A stretch of 64,000 bases of DNA from Epiperipatus broadwayi (Eukaryota > Animalia > Onychophora). The stretch spans positions 7,130,001 to 7,194,000 of the forward strand of contig JAQFVV010000006.1 in assembly GCA_028023455.1 (NCBI GenBank), in the 5' to 3' direction. Positions 27,627 to 41,362 of this stretch are shown here, piece by piece (within the stretch, counting starts at the first letter, position 1; each line of letters starts with the position of its first letter). A program made the translations under genes and the position numbers. The notes beneath the pieces are model-generated. The model saw only the letters and a list, made by a program, of their open reading frames with translations. It was not told where the DNA came from and ran no database searches.

Positions 27627-27730
27627 TTTTTTTCTCATGCGTCATAGCATCAGCCGGGAAGCAAACCCGCCAACCTGGGACAACCGCTTGTAAAGCAGCT
27701 GTCGCTGACCTCTCGACCACCAATGCTTGA
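27627..27730 (-). mobile_element. tRNA-Val-like SINE with TSD ggcttctatttatt
   Basis: Homologous to the 5414 copy; ~14-bp direct repeat on both flanks. Confidence 0.85.
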
Positions 27731-28560
27731 TAGGCTTCTATTTATTTTTAAGAAAATAACTTTCTGCTTGGACTACAATTTGGACTTGTATATTTAACTT
27801 GAAATAAAAGCAGAGATATGCACAAATTAATTAATTTACAAATGTTCCATTATAATAGTGATTGAATTAATTAATTTATGAACACAACCGACTTTTATTT
27901 CCAATTAACCCATGTGGTCCACACACAAAAATATTTTTTTTGCTTTTTAGTGCATTATTAAATTGGAATAGCCATATTTGTTTGCTAGCGGCCACTGCGG
28001 TGAAATGAATAGTTGCATTAAAATAAGATTCTACATTTTTTCACAGAAATTCAAAATTGTTATTGTTAGAATTAATTTACCATTCCTATTTAAACTATAT
28101 TAAAAATTGTAAAATAACACATTATTTTAAACATGTAGGTAAATTAAGTGCATTATATAACATCAAAGTATGCAAAAAAATATATACAAAAATGTTGTAT
28201 GGATAAATGCTCAGGAAATCAAATAACATTTGAACATCTCCAGTGACAGACCGAAATAACAGTTAGTTCCATTAAATCAAGTGATCTGATATTTTATTAC
28301 CATATTACTTCGAATTTAGGACATCTTCAAATTTAGGAGGCAGTAGGATTTTAAGCTTAGAAAATTGAAAAAAAATTTAAATGATTTTTCAATAAAATCA
28401 TTTAAGAAAAAAAAAATATTGACTTAAACAGAAACTGTTATAAATACAATAAGCTCACCTAATTTATTGTGAATCTTCTTCAGATTATTATTAGAAGTAT
28501 ACACTTTTATTCTTCTCCTGTACTTTCTTTGCATTTCTTCATATATTCATATATATTGCT

Positions 28561-28799
28561 TATAATAACTTCTTTGATATACAATTTAATGCAAAAAAAT
28601 TTTTAAATAAAACTTTATTTTTCTGACAGTTTCGACTGTCCAGCAAAATTTTGAAAAAATCAGTTATTTTTAAAAAGCAGAGGAAGTTTGAAAAAGCTCT
28701 GATGAAGGCTGCTGGATAGTCGAAACTGGCAGAAAAATAAAAAAGTTTTATTAGATTTTTTTTTTTTGTATTAAAGTGTATATGAAAGAAGTTATTATA
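28561..28799 (+). mobile_element. Family D HHR element as a foldback (85-bp inverted arms); core at 28699-28730 has a GGC cleavage triplet
   Basis: 28561-28644 is the reverse complement of 28711-28799; CTGATGA-A-GGCTG(CTGGA)TAGTC-GAAA-CTGGC; the inverted arm retains GAAACTGTC. Confidence 0.75.
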
Positions 28800-29742
28800 A
28801 GCAATCTTCTTTAGACAAACTTTCATTTTCTACATCTTCACTTTCAGAACTTGAATTCTCATCTCTATTTCACCAGGATACACCATCTTCAGAATCATTT
28901 AAATAGCTAGCAATGCAATATTTTAAGAAAGATTTTTTGATAATTTTTTAGGCATCTTTCCATGTATACAAAACACACTGAACTATTGTAGAAGATGAAG
29001 CTTATTTTATTTTACCAGTTGGTGTCAAAGGATGATCTTGATTTAACCACACTTCCTAATGAGTTCTCATTATCAGACACATGAAGTGGTTGAAGTTTAC
29101 AGGTCATACCTGCTGGTATTATTACCAGATCAGTTATTTTATTTTTACTTTAAGGTTAATGTCACCTGATTATATGGTAAATTGCAGCTGAACATTATAA
29201 TTCCTTTGTTAATTTCCTTTTGTGTAAAAGTAAATTTTCCTATTAAAATCGGAATCATTCTAAAATAACTAATATTTTCACAAATTTTCTGGAAGAATTA
29301 AAAAACGTGTAAAAAAAGATTCAAAGCATTCATTTTCACTTTGAAATTCAAAATAAAAACATCAGGAATGATCCAAACCATTGACAGATGCTCTCTTGTG
29401 CAGAGATGCTCTCTTGTGTAGAGAGCAAGAAACAATCAATCAGTACTTGAGAGAGGGTTTTATCACATAGTGATAACTTTAAATCTTAGTGATTTTTATT
29501 AGTTGTAAAAAAATTCTGAAGATTATTTTATACAATTTTCTCAATAATATAATGGTAAAATAGAAAAACAATGTAAAAAAATTATAAAACATTCATTTTT
29601 ACTTTTTACATCAAAATGAAGATAATGGGAATTACCAAAATGATTTATTAGTTGCAAAAAAATTCCAAAGGTTATTCAGTATGGTTTTCTTGATAAAATA
29701 ATGGTAAAATCAGCAAAATAACATTAAAAGTAGCAGTTTAAG

Positions 29743-29855
29743 TCAAGCGTTGTTAGCCGAGAGGTCATCGTAGCCACCGTGCAAGCAAGTAATTGGTTGC
29801 AGACGGTTGTGGGTTCACGTCCCGGCAGATGCTATGGCATATGAGAAAAAAAAAA
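29743..29855 (+). mobile_element. tRNA-like SINE (long subfamily) with TSD aaaagtagcagtttaag
   Basis: Direct repeat on both flanks; oligo-A tail. Confidence 0.85.
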
Positions 29856-30734
29856 GTAGCAGTTTAAGAGACGGTTAAAACCATTTAAGAAATAAATACA
29901 AAAAATATTAACATTTAGTGCTAAATCTTTTTTCTTTTAATTAAAATATATTCTACACAAGGCTATCAATCGTAAAAAGTGGGTACAAGATTCAACTCGA
30001 ATAATCAGAAGTCTTAGGTTAAATAAAATCATTAAAAAAGTTTTATTCGGTTTAAATTCATAAAGAGAATTATACTGTCGACTTCACAAAGGTAATTGTT
30101 ATTTTTAGTTGCTAAATTCTACTCAAAAAGTTCCAAGTATCTTTGAGTATTTAATTTTTAATGAATATAATTTAAAATTTATATTAAAAAAATGGTGGAA
30201 GGCACATTTAAAAAAGGGAATATAAAATTGTTACAATTAATTGTGAAAATACCAAACTTACTGCACCTATAGCTATAAAATCATCTCTGCTTGAACAAAA
30301 ACCTTAATAATTATTACAAATTATCTTTTAAGTTACCTAGATATGTACTTCAAGCTTTAATTAAGGATGAACATATCTTTTTATTATTTAAAATAATCAT
30401 ATGGAGAAATTAATTCAATTCCACCCCCTCCCCTATATACTAAAATATTCTTATCACATACACATGAATCATTTGAATAAAAGGTATCTGAAAAAGGCAA
30501 ATGACTCCTAAATGCATTTTAGCCCTTATTAATTTGCCTAGATCACAATCTGAAACATATCTTTAATTATAGTTTAAAAGATATATCTGAGTTAAAATTT
30601 ACATTATAATTTCTAGCCTAAAAACTAATTTGTAATCGTTATTGAGGTATACATTTTTCTGGGTTGAACAATGTTATAAATCTATATGTAAAAAGTCTGT
30701 ATTATAATAATCTGATATTGAAAACTACTGAATA

Positions 30735-30810
30735 ATAGTGAGAGATTATTATCTTAGCGGACTGAAGAAAGTAGCTCACAACGAAATGCATCTTAAAGAT
30801 CACCATTTTC
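30735..30810 (+). repeat. Decayed family A-related HHR fragment
   Basis: gagagatt..CTGAAGA..CAAC-GAAATGCATC..gatcacc. Confidence 0.55.
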
Positions 30811-30839
30811 AAATGTTTTTATTTATATGATTAATGTCA

Positions 30840-33757
30840 TTTCATCATCAACTATCAACATTTGCAACCATTATTGTTCCACTGAAAGATGAAGGTCTTT
30901 CCAAGTTTAATCCAATTTCTCTGATATGTAGCTTCTCTTTTCCACCTCATGCCTATAAAATTCATTATTTCATCCATCCATCTCATGTGATCTCTATCTA
31001 GATTTTTATATTCTCTTGGGATTCAATTTGAGATTTCACCTATTATCATTTCTTCTGGCAATATGTCCAGTCCAATTCCATTTCAATCTCTTAATACTTT
31101 CAATGATGTTAGTGATACCTGTTTGTTTTTGATCCTTTCTTGTCACTCTTAACACACATTTCCATATTTTGTTGAAGGGTTCAAAGTTTTCATATTGCTT
31201 TTCTGTTAAAAGTCCAAGTCCCATATCAATAAGCAAGAAATAGATTGATAAATACCATCTTTTCAAACACATATATAACTGTATTTCCTATTCTTTCTAC
31301 AACAAGCACTTTCATCTTTAATTCTAAGACAAATTTCCTCACCACATTTCCATTGGGATCAAAGTATTTGCAGTAGTTGACTTCTAATTCATGATTACTT
31401 TAGTCTTTTTAGTATTTACCTTTGGTCCTGCTTTCTTACTTCCATCTGATAACTTTTGCAATATTTTCTAAAGCTCTAAAAAATATATTTTCAAAAACCA
31501 TCACCAAAATTTTATAATTTTAAATATATTTGTGTATATTAGCTTCCTATTTTAATCCACAAAATACTTCCTGTAAAACTGCTGTAAAAATATTGAACTT
31601 TTGGAAATCATCCTTAATTAATCTTCTTTGTATCCCAGTCAATCTAATCACTACTACTGCATTTTGATAAATATTCTTCAGAATATGATTCTATTTTAGG
31701 TTTACATCTTGATTGTCCAAAGTTTTAATCACCATGATAATACTTTTCCATAAATCCAAAGCATACGACTTTTCTCAATATTTGGATGTGATCCACTGTA
31801 CTAAAATCACTTTTAAAAAACTAACTAGTTCTTTGGGTTGGTTTGAATATAAAGTTGATTGTATATGAGACATAGTTATTTTCATAGATCCATAATTGCT
31901 AATATCTCCTTTAGCATCTTTCTTCAATGCCAATATTACTACATTTTTCCAATATAAAATTGATGGATCGGCAATTGCTAATATCTTCTTTAGAATCTTT
32001 CTTGAATATCCATATTATTACAACATACTTCCAATCATTTGGTATGTCTTTATCATTTAATAGTTCTTGCCAACAATTTTCCTATTTCTTCATCTGCTTC
32101 TTTTAAAATTATCAATAATAATTCCAACATTTTCAAGGGCTTTTCCCTTCTTCACAGATTTATTCGGATGTCTTACCTCTGCATTTAAAATGTTCGGCAA
32201 TTCAGAAAATATAGTAACTATAGTGATTAATTACTCCTAAAGTTCTTTGTACCATATGTTTTACTGTATCATTCCTCTTCTTATTGCTGAGATAACTTTT
32301 TGTGTATTATCAAGATGTTGTTTTATATTTTTGAAACTTTTATTCTTGTTTCTAAATTTTCTTACCAATTTATGGATATATTTTCTTATGTCATTATTAA
32401 CTCTTCTTCATAACATTTTACAGAACTCTGACCATTTACTTCTTAATAATGGATCATTTTCCTATATCTTTTTTTCTGCTTTCTTTTTTGCAACCGCTAT
32501 TTTGTTGTCATTCTTAATACAGTATCAATTACCTTCTTATTAATCTCATTTAGGTTCCAACCATTTTCAAAGCTTGTCAATATTTTAAAATGATTACTAA
32601 TTTAAGTTCACTGGAATGTTAATACCTCCTCTCATTTTTTAAAAAAGTTTTGGTCTCTCCGCTTTTGTATTAATTTGTATCTTAAATTTCAGTAATTAAT
32701 GATCATTTCCTATAATGACTCCATTAAAAGTATTATAATCTTAAAATAACACATTTTCTGTTATGTTTCCATATCCATTTAACATTTTTCTCAAAGAAAA
32801 AAATTCATAATACCCAATTATTTTACCTGCAAATTCCACAAATCTGTGTCCTCCCTCATATCATCATAGCCAAATATATCCACTACACATTCATCTTTCA
32901 ATTATTTACCTATTTGAGTATTAAAATGTCAGGTAATAATTTTAAAATGTTCTTTGATCTGACCAAAAGAATTTTGTCACTCATACAAACCGCCCTTATT
33001 TCTTCATTGCATTAGGCATAAATTTTAATTACCTGCATTTGGTATCTTTCAGTGATTTAACAAATTAATTTTACCACTCTGTCTGATATACCATCAATCT
33101 CCACGATGATGCTTTCCCCATTTTTTATTTATAATAAAGTCCATTCCACTTGTGTTTGCAATATTTGTATCTTTGCAGGTCCATTTATACCTCTTCAACT
33201 TTTCTCTTAACTTCACAAAGCATAACAATGTCCCATTTAATATTAGATAATTCTTCTTTTAATTCGTGTGATCAATCTGCAATTGTAGGGAACTAAATAA
33301 AAGGTCATCATCAAATGGAGGCCTGGACTTGCAATCCTTAGCACCATCCCTCTACCTAATTGCTGCTCATAAGAATAAGGACTATAATTTACATTTGTTT
33401 GTCATGATTATAATCATATCCCAAAAAAATCATCCACACATACATTTATTCTGCCTTAAAGAAAACTTCGTCATATTTTAGTTAAGAACTATCAATTAAA
33501 TGAGAAGAACAATCATGGTTACTCTTGGGTTTTAAACTCAAAAGTAAAAGACCCATAAATTTATCATGCTGGCTGATGCATGTCGATGAGCGGCCCATTT
33601 ATGGTCCATTTACTATATGCTTGCGATCATATCATAATAATTGCTGCAATAATAAGAACCATATGGAATGGAGATTCGGAATTTGCTTTACTGTTACTTT
33701 GAAGCCTCAATGATCTTTTTTCAGTTAACAACAAACTCGTTTAACATGTGTACAACA
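30840..33757 (-). mobile_element. Older, decayed near-full-length RTE LINE
   Basis: Colinear with 39954-43250 from the (CAT)n tail through RT, APE and the 5' UTR; many stops and deletions. Confidence 0.85.
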
Positions 33758-34956
33758 TGCACACACACACACACACGTATATTTTTGTACAGATGGAATA
33801 TACACTGTGAACAAAAAAGTTAAAAAACATGGACTTGCGAAATTGGAGTTTTTATATTTTAAAACATGGACTTGCGAAATTGGAGTTTTTATATTTTATT
33901 CCTTATTCTTATTTTGATCGTGGATAACTAATAAGAATATAGAAACTGCTGATAAAAGAGGAATAACGGTAAATAATATTCGCGACTAAAATATCATTTC
34001 AAGATTCATGGTATTTACCAGTGCCCTCCTCCCCATCTTACGCCCACGATAACTATCAGTGCAGTGGTGAGCTAAATTACGCTTTATCATGTGATATTCA
34101 TTTCGCAAACAACGAATACTATTCACAAGTGTCGGATAGAGTACTGAACAATTGACTTTCCCTTCACACCCATGTTGGAAGCGTTATGGCTATCACTAAC
34201 CACTCTCATACAAAGTAGGGGCTGGTTTCTATCCACTTTTAACACCTTGTGGTGGGGTGAACAATCACTGTATGCGAGTGCAATTTTATTGTAAAAAATA
34301 AATAACACTACCGTGAATAGATGCGGCCTTTATTGTGTTGTGAATATTATCATACATCAATGGATGTTGTGTCCATGGTTACTTTATCTCAATCTATGTA
34401 CGCGTGTCTGTGCATATATATATGGTTAAAGCCTTGACTCATAAGTTAAAAGAAAAGTCAAAATTATATTTTAACTTATAAATTTGGCTATAGTTAAAAA
34501 TATAAAATCGAACTTTTATGACGACTTTTTTTTTATATCATTGCGATAAATCTGGAATTTGAACTGCCACGAATATAATATTAGCTAAAAACAGAATTAC
34601 AGACGTAATTGTTTTATTCATTTGATAGAATTGATATGAAAGAAGATACTCCAAAAGGATTCTTTTAACATCCTTTTCACTCATAGCATAGTTGAAGAAA
34701 TAAAAAAAAAAGTATTTGAAATAACCAGAGAAAATCAATTTCTTGAGCATTTATTAATCTCACTCTCATTTTATATATATAAAATAGAATATATATATGT
34801 CGGTAAGAATGGTGGTGTGACAGATAATTATAAATATTTATATACTTTATAATCCTAATAAAAATAAATTTATTAAACCAACCAGGGTTTGAATCTGGAA
34901 CAGGTATTTTTTTAAGATATAAATGGGATTATGATTTTTTCCCCCAGATAGATAGA

Positions 34957-35218
34957 TCATGGTCAATTCAATTAACTACCCATTATTGGTCAGTAAATGG
35001 ATATCTAGCTAGTTTTATTAAAGTGAAAAACAAATTCAGAAAGTTCATAGTCAATTCAGCTAACTAATCAACATTGGTCAGTAAATGGATATCTAGCTAT
35101 ATTTTATTAGAGTGAAAAACAAAAGCAGAAAGTTCATAGTCAATTCAGCTAAGTAACCAATATTGGTCAGTAAATGGATATCTAGCTATTTTTATTAGAG
35201 CAAAAAATAAAACAGAAA
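34957..35218. repeat. Tandem repeat, 3 x ~89 bp
   Basis: tcatagtcaattcagctaa...attggtcagtaaatggatatctagcta...gcagaaagt repeated. Confidence 0.9.
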
Positions 35219-35757
35219 AGTGCTCAAGATAACATCACTACTCAGCAATTGGACAGCCATGTATAGGGACTTAATTAGCGCTTTAATTAGAATATTCTAG
35301 CTGACAATAGGTGGCAGAGATGAGTGGATTAAATAGCAACGTTTGAACTAGAATCATAGTTTATATTATATACCAATTCTGATCAAGGGATATAAGCATT
35401 TGCAGTTATTAAAAAACGGAATGCACCAAAATATGAAGATACTGAATTAACACTAGACCTGTGTGACAGTTAAAATATAATAATTTTAGAATGAAAAGAA
35501 ATCTCTCAGCGAAATCTTTATTACATTTAATTAACTCTCTTATATTACGTCATTATCCAACCACCTTCAGAAGATGAAAATAGTACAACTCATGACTTCA
35601 ATATCATCATTACAGTCATTTATAAATTAGTTTGGCTAATTAAAATCCAAAAGAATGACAAAAGAAAACTCAAAAGTTAAATATGGGTTTTGTGATAACT
35701 ACATAAATAAATCTGCGAAACATACACGCAGCCACAGACATCACATTAGTTTTTTTT

Positions 35758-36203
35758 GGTACTTACGGATAATTCAACCAATGACATATTACCCTAAAGG
35801 CATATCAGTCTAATGTTGCGATTTCCTTTTGGGGAGAAGTTCGCGGTCTTGTAAGAAGATGATTGCTTCTTCCTCTGTACTCGGTAAATTAAATAAGGTT
35901 GTTGTAGCTTCAGCCATCATAAATGCAAATAATGCAAATATCTCAAAGTAGAAGAGCTCAAAAAAGTCACTATGATGCCGTGGATAGCAAAATCACAATA
36001 GACAGAAAAATAAAAAAAATTTCCCAAACCTCTCTCCGAATTTTAAATCTCGCGGGTAAAAAAAAAAAATTGACTCTCTGATGGATTAATCACACCAGTC
36101 ACTTGGTTGCCATGACAACGTTGTCATGCAAAAAACGTTGATGTCTACCGGAAGAGAAATTGGTAAGTCAAATATGTCATCGGTTGAATTATCCGTAAGT
36201 ACC
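35758..36203 (-). mobile_element. Merlin/IS1595-like non-autonomous DNA transposon (33-bp TIRs, ~8-9-bp TSD)
   Basis: TIR GGTACTTACGGATAATTCAACC(A/G)ATGACATATT; flanks gtttttttt/gtttttttc; internal minus-strand MMAEATTTLFNLPSTEEEAIIFLQDRELLPKRK resembles Merlin transposase N-termini. Confidence 0.7.
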
Positions 36204-36721
36204 GTTTTTTTCTCTATTTAACACGTGCAATGCGATTGTTTAATGTCTTTTGTAGCATTTTCTTTCAGAACAATATTGCTAAGTGTAGGTCTTCCAGCCT
36301 CATCTTCTATATAAAAGTGGTCCATAGTGCACATCTCATTGAGTTAATCATTACAATGTGAATGGGGTTTACTTCTTCCATGAAATCCATTTCACATTTA
36401 TTGCAATAAATATTTTTACATATGAGAAGTTTGTGGTGAAGATGGTATACTTTTCAGTAATTCATATTATCTGAGTTTGAATACTGATCAACTATAACTT
36501 GGAATCTTTTTTTCCGGTTCTAATCAGATGCAGAGACATTTACATTTTACTGGAACACGCAAACATTTCAGAACTTGTAGATAAAATATCTGACCATTAA
36601 GGAGTAATTATGAGTGAAAAATGCCATTTGCATAAAAAAAAAATCAGCACTATCTTCACTCGCCATGTTTTTTTGGAACATAGTGAATTTGACAATTTCA
36701 TTGAATCATTGGTAAACTTGT

Positions 36722-36820
36722 GCGTTGGTGGTTGAGTGGTCAGCACAGCTGCCTTACAAGCGGTTGTCCCGGGTTTACAGGTTCGCTTCCCGGCTCATGC
36801 TTTGACACATGATGAAAAAA
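36722..36820 (+). mobile_element. tRNA-Val-like SINE
   Basis: GTGGTTGAGTGGTCAGCAC..CTTACAA..GGTTCGCTTCCCGG..oligo-A. A more decayed copy lies at ~37283-37375 (minus). Confidence 0.8.
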
Positions 36821-37655
36821 GTTGTGTATTCCCCAGAATAGCTGTCTTGTAATTTGTTTCAAGCATTTCAACTGTTTTCCCAGCCATTTCCCCTAAGAGA
36901 AAACAGAATTTCACATTATTACAACTTTTGAGCCATTATAAAAATCAATAAATATTCAAAATGCACTTTACAAGAAAATGTGCTGTGTGGTACCACAAAT
37001 TCTCCCGATATAATGTAATTTGGCAGATTGTCTCAAAAGGGTCATGGAAAAAGGTATGTAACAACAGAAACATGCACGACAACAGGCACCCTTATTTTAG
37101 GTCTCTCCTCGTTTTTATAAGACTTAAAAGGAGAAGTAAAAATGAACACAGACAAAATTTAGGTATACAATAATTTAAAATAAGTTGTGGAACGACTGAA
37201 AAATTGATTAATATTTCTTGATATTTTTAAAATATTACGAAGTATTTAAAATTGAATACAAAAATTTCTCGGATACAAATACCTTTTTTTTTTTTCATAT
37301 GTTAAATGCGTTGACAGGGAAGTGGATCAGGGCCAGCTGCTTGGAAGGCAGCTATGCTAACCACTTAACCTATTTCTGATTTTCACAAATATGTAAAACT
37401 TTTGGGAAAACAAAGAAAAATATTTTTATTTAAAGCAAAGATGTTTTATTTAAAGAATTAAATTCAATATAAATAATACATAGAGCATGTATACACAATA
37501 TTAGTTTTTTGGTCAGATTCAAATTTAGGCCTACAAATTTATGAGCAATAGGTGTTAACGATTCAGAGGATATAACCACTCACACTTCGATGGGTTTAAA
37601 TAACATTTGTTAATTTAACTGAGTACTTTCATGCTGAATATATAAGTCTAAAATT

Positions 37656-37751
37656 AAATACAGAAAGTGTACCAATAGCTCAAACAAGCCCTTAATTGAT
37701 AAGTGCGATAATTAAGGGCTTGTTTGAGCTATTGGTACACTCTCTGTATTT
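37656..37751. repeat. Near-perfect 42-bp hairpin with 12-nt loop
   Basis: aaatacagaaagtgtaccaatagctcaaacaagcccttaatt / aattaagggcttgtttgagctattggtacactctctgtattt, one difference. Confidence 0.95.
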
Positions 37752-39296
37752 CATTTTTGTAAATACATGCTTATAAAAACAATGTCACATTATATATGAC
37801 TTACTTTATTGATAAGTGTAAAATTTTATACCTTTGAGATTATCTTCATTTTCTATAGTCCATTTTAATAAACACTTGTATATAAGAATTAAGAAATTTA
37901 AATAATTAAAATAACTTTTTAATTAAAATTTATTTTGGTTTTGATTAATGTAAATTAAAAAAAAACAGAACAATGGTAATTTAATTATTATCTTGTATTT
38001 ATGAATCAAAAGGAAAATTACTTCTAGTATTTCTTCCTGTTTACAATCTTTGTGATTTACTATAAGTAGTGGGTTCAATTTAACTGAGATTAGTCAGTTT
38101 CAAAGGAAAGTTGTTGCTAAACTCCATGCTGACCAAGTTTGAGCCCCTGGAAAACTAAATAGGATGGCTTCTCTATGATTTTATAGCCCAATATGTGGAA
38201 GGTAGACAGAGGAGTTGAATAATAATAGCATATAGCTTATGTATCTATTAACCAGGATATGTCAAACCAGTATTACATGAGAAGTCAATCTAAACTTCAA
38301 AGATACTAGAGGTATAGATTGAACCACTAAACATCACTTGATCGCTATCTCATACTAGCACATAATTGTTATTAAACAATTCAAAACACAAGATGGCACT
38401 ACTATATGGAGAGTTTTGTGTTGTTTTGAAGGTATAGGTTGAATTATGCCAGACATATATAGAAGGACCAAGGCAAGAAATTTGCTATTGCACAGGATTA
38501 GACATAGAGATAAAAGGAGTTTATATAGGCATCATGGTGCTACAAAAATTTATTGTATTTTAGAACTGTTGCAATGTATATTAACACTAATTTATTATTT
38601 CAAATATTAACCATGCCATTGACTGAAATCTATTTCTATTTATTTCTCAAATGAAAACAATGTTGGAATAACTGCAATAAATTATCCAACAAATAACAAA
38701 AATTTTCAGAAAAAAAAGAAATAAATGACCAATTTAAATTCTCCATAGCATAAACATGTTAGCTACAATTACATCATTCACAAAATACTTGTTTTTGAGT
38801 TAATGTGTATTTTAATAACAGATGAAAATTCAGGTTTTGAATGAGTTAATTTATCTAAACTTTCTACAGTTAGATTGCAACCAATTCAGTTTATAAGTTA
38901 AGGAAAATTAAAAAGTCAAATATCATTTTTATATTAGAATGTATAAGGATGGTGTGCTTATTATATATATATATGTTTAACATTTAACTATTTATATATT
39001 GTTAAAATAGAATAATATTGATCTACATGTAATTAATGAATTGCACATACAGATATGTTTTTTATATATATTTTACATATAGATATGTTTATTTAATATT
39101 GTTTACAATTTATATAAAACTATGAATTTCAATTGATGAAAATAATATGTGATATTTGTGAATAACCTTTTTATTTATTACTATTATTAATATTATCTAA
39201 TCAATAAATTTAATATTCATTATTTCACATTATTCCAGTGAAACTATTTAATATGAAAATAGACTAACATTATGTACATTGTCTCTTGTTTTGCAG

Positions 39297-39341
39297 ACAA
39301 CGAAGTCTTTATGATCCTAAAGATAGTGCTGGACTAATAGT
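39297..39341 (+). other. Candidate 45-nt exon of an unidentified nested antisense transcript (QRSLYDPKDSAGLI)
   Basis: CTAAC branch point, tctcttgttttgcag acceptor, gtaaga donor, length divisible by 3, one open frame. Confidence 0.45.
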
Positions 39342-39967
39342 GTAAGAAATGTGTTTGTGGATATCTGAATTATTTAGATGGCCTAAAGTAATAAGATATC
39401 TTTAAAGTCCATCTGTTTTATTTATATGGTTAATTTTGATTCCCAATTTATTGATGGTTGATGGTCTAAAACATCGGTGATGATGAGCATTGATATAATA
39501 ATCTCAATATTCTTTTGGTATGCTTGTTATAGTTATTTTAAAACTGGATTTCTTTTACACAATCCCTCAAGTTCAACAATGGCTTGATAATTATTAGCCT
39601 AAGATTTTATATTATATTTTTTAAAGAGAATCTCAAAGGTTGACTATACTACAGTGAATATATCTGGTGATGCCATGTTTACTACTTAAACTGGATTTTC
39701 ATGTTAAGTCTTTGCTCTTAATCATTTATTGATGCATATTTATATCACTTCTAACAGATCTTTATTTTGCATTATTACAGTGAATAAAGAATTTGATTAT
39801 TACTGTACATTGAATTTATCAATAATAAGTGCTATATTAATTTATTTGTGGGAGTTAGGTTAAAAAACCCAGTAAATTATTTTTAACTATGATAGCATTT
39901 TACTTTACAGAAACATCTAAGTGACTATTTGTTTTTCATTATATAATTTTAATCATCATCATCATTA

Positions 39968-41362
39968 TCAACCATTATCAATCCACTGCAGGATGAAGGT
40001 CTCTCCAAGTTTAATCCATCTTCTCCGATCTTTAGCTTCTCTTCTCCACATCACTCCTACACATTTTCTTATTTCATCCATCCATCTTACATGTGGTCTC
40101 CTTCTGGGTCTTTTACAATCTCTTGGAATCCAGTTTAAAATTTCAATTGTCCATCTATTATCATCTCTTCTAGCAATATGTCCAGCCCAACTCCACTTCA
40201 ATCTTTTAATTTTTTCAATGAGGTCAGTAACACCTGTTTGTTCTCTTACCCATACATTGCGTTTTCGATCTCTTCTTGTTACTCCCAACATACATCTCTC
40301 CATACTTCTTTGAGTGGTCTGAAGTCTCTGTATTGATCTTCTATTAAGTGTCCAAGTCTCAGATCCATAAGTAAGAACTGGTAAAACACATTTGTTAAAA
40401 ACCTTTCTTTTCAAACACATAGGCATATTTCCTTTTAATATCAAGTTATTTCTACCAAAAGCACTCCAACCAAGTTTAATTCTATGATTAATTTCCTCTA
40501 TTATGTTTCCATCTGTATTAATAATCTGACCAAGGTATTTGTAACTCTTAACTTCTTCTAATTCATCATAATCAATCTTTATTTTCATATTTTGAGCAAA
40601 TCGATTAAACATTACTTTAGTCTTTTTAACATTTATCTTTAGTCCTACTTTCCTACTTTCATCTGATAACTCCTGCAACATTTCCTGCAGCTCGGAAGCA
40701 TTATTTGCAAAAACAACTACATCATCTGCGAAATCTAAATGACTTAAATAATCTCCATTTACTTTCACTCCTTTAGTTTCCCATTTTAATCCACAAAATA
40801 CTTCTTGCAGCACTGCTGTAAAAAGTTTTGGAGATATGGAGTCACCTTGTCTTACACCTTTCTCAATGTTGACTTTCCCAGTATCATTATGTAATCTAAT
40901 TGTTGCTGTTGCATTTTTATAAATATTCTTTAAAATATGACAATATCCTGGATCTATACCTTGATGATCCAATGCTTTAATCACTGAAGAAATGTTTATA
41001 GAATCAAATGCCTTTTCATAATCTACAAATCCAAAACATAATGACAACTCATATTCATTTGTCCTTTCTATAACTTCTCTCAATACTTGAATATGATCTA
41101 CTGTACTAAAACCACTTTTAAATCCAGCTTGTTCTCTTGGTTGGTGAAAATCCAAGGTTCTCTGTAGACGAGTTGTAATTATCTTGGTAAAAATTTTATA
41201 TAAAACTGATAAAAGGCTGATAGGTCTGTAATTTCTAATATCTTCTTTATCACCTTTTTTAAATATTAATATTATTACTGCATTCTTCCAATCATCCGGT
41301 ACATCTTTATCATTTAGACATTTGGTATATAACTTTGCTAATATTTTTTTCTGTTTCTTCAC
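39968..41362 (-). pseudogene. RTE reverse transcriptase domain
   Basis: YRPISLLS, QAGFKSG, FVDYEKAFDS, GVRQGDSISPKLF, FADD, YKYLG motifs. Confidence 0.95.
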
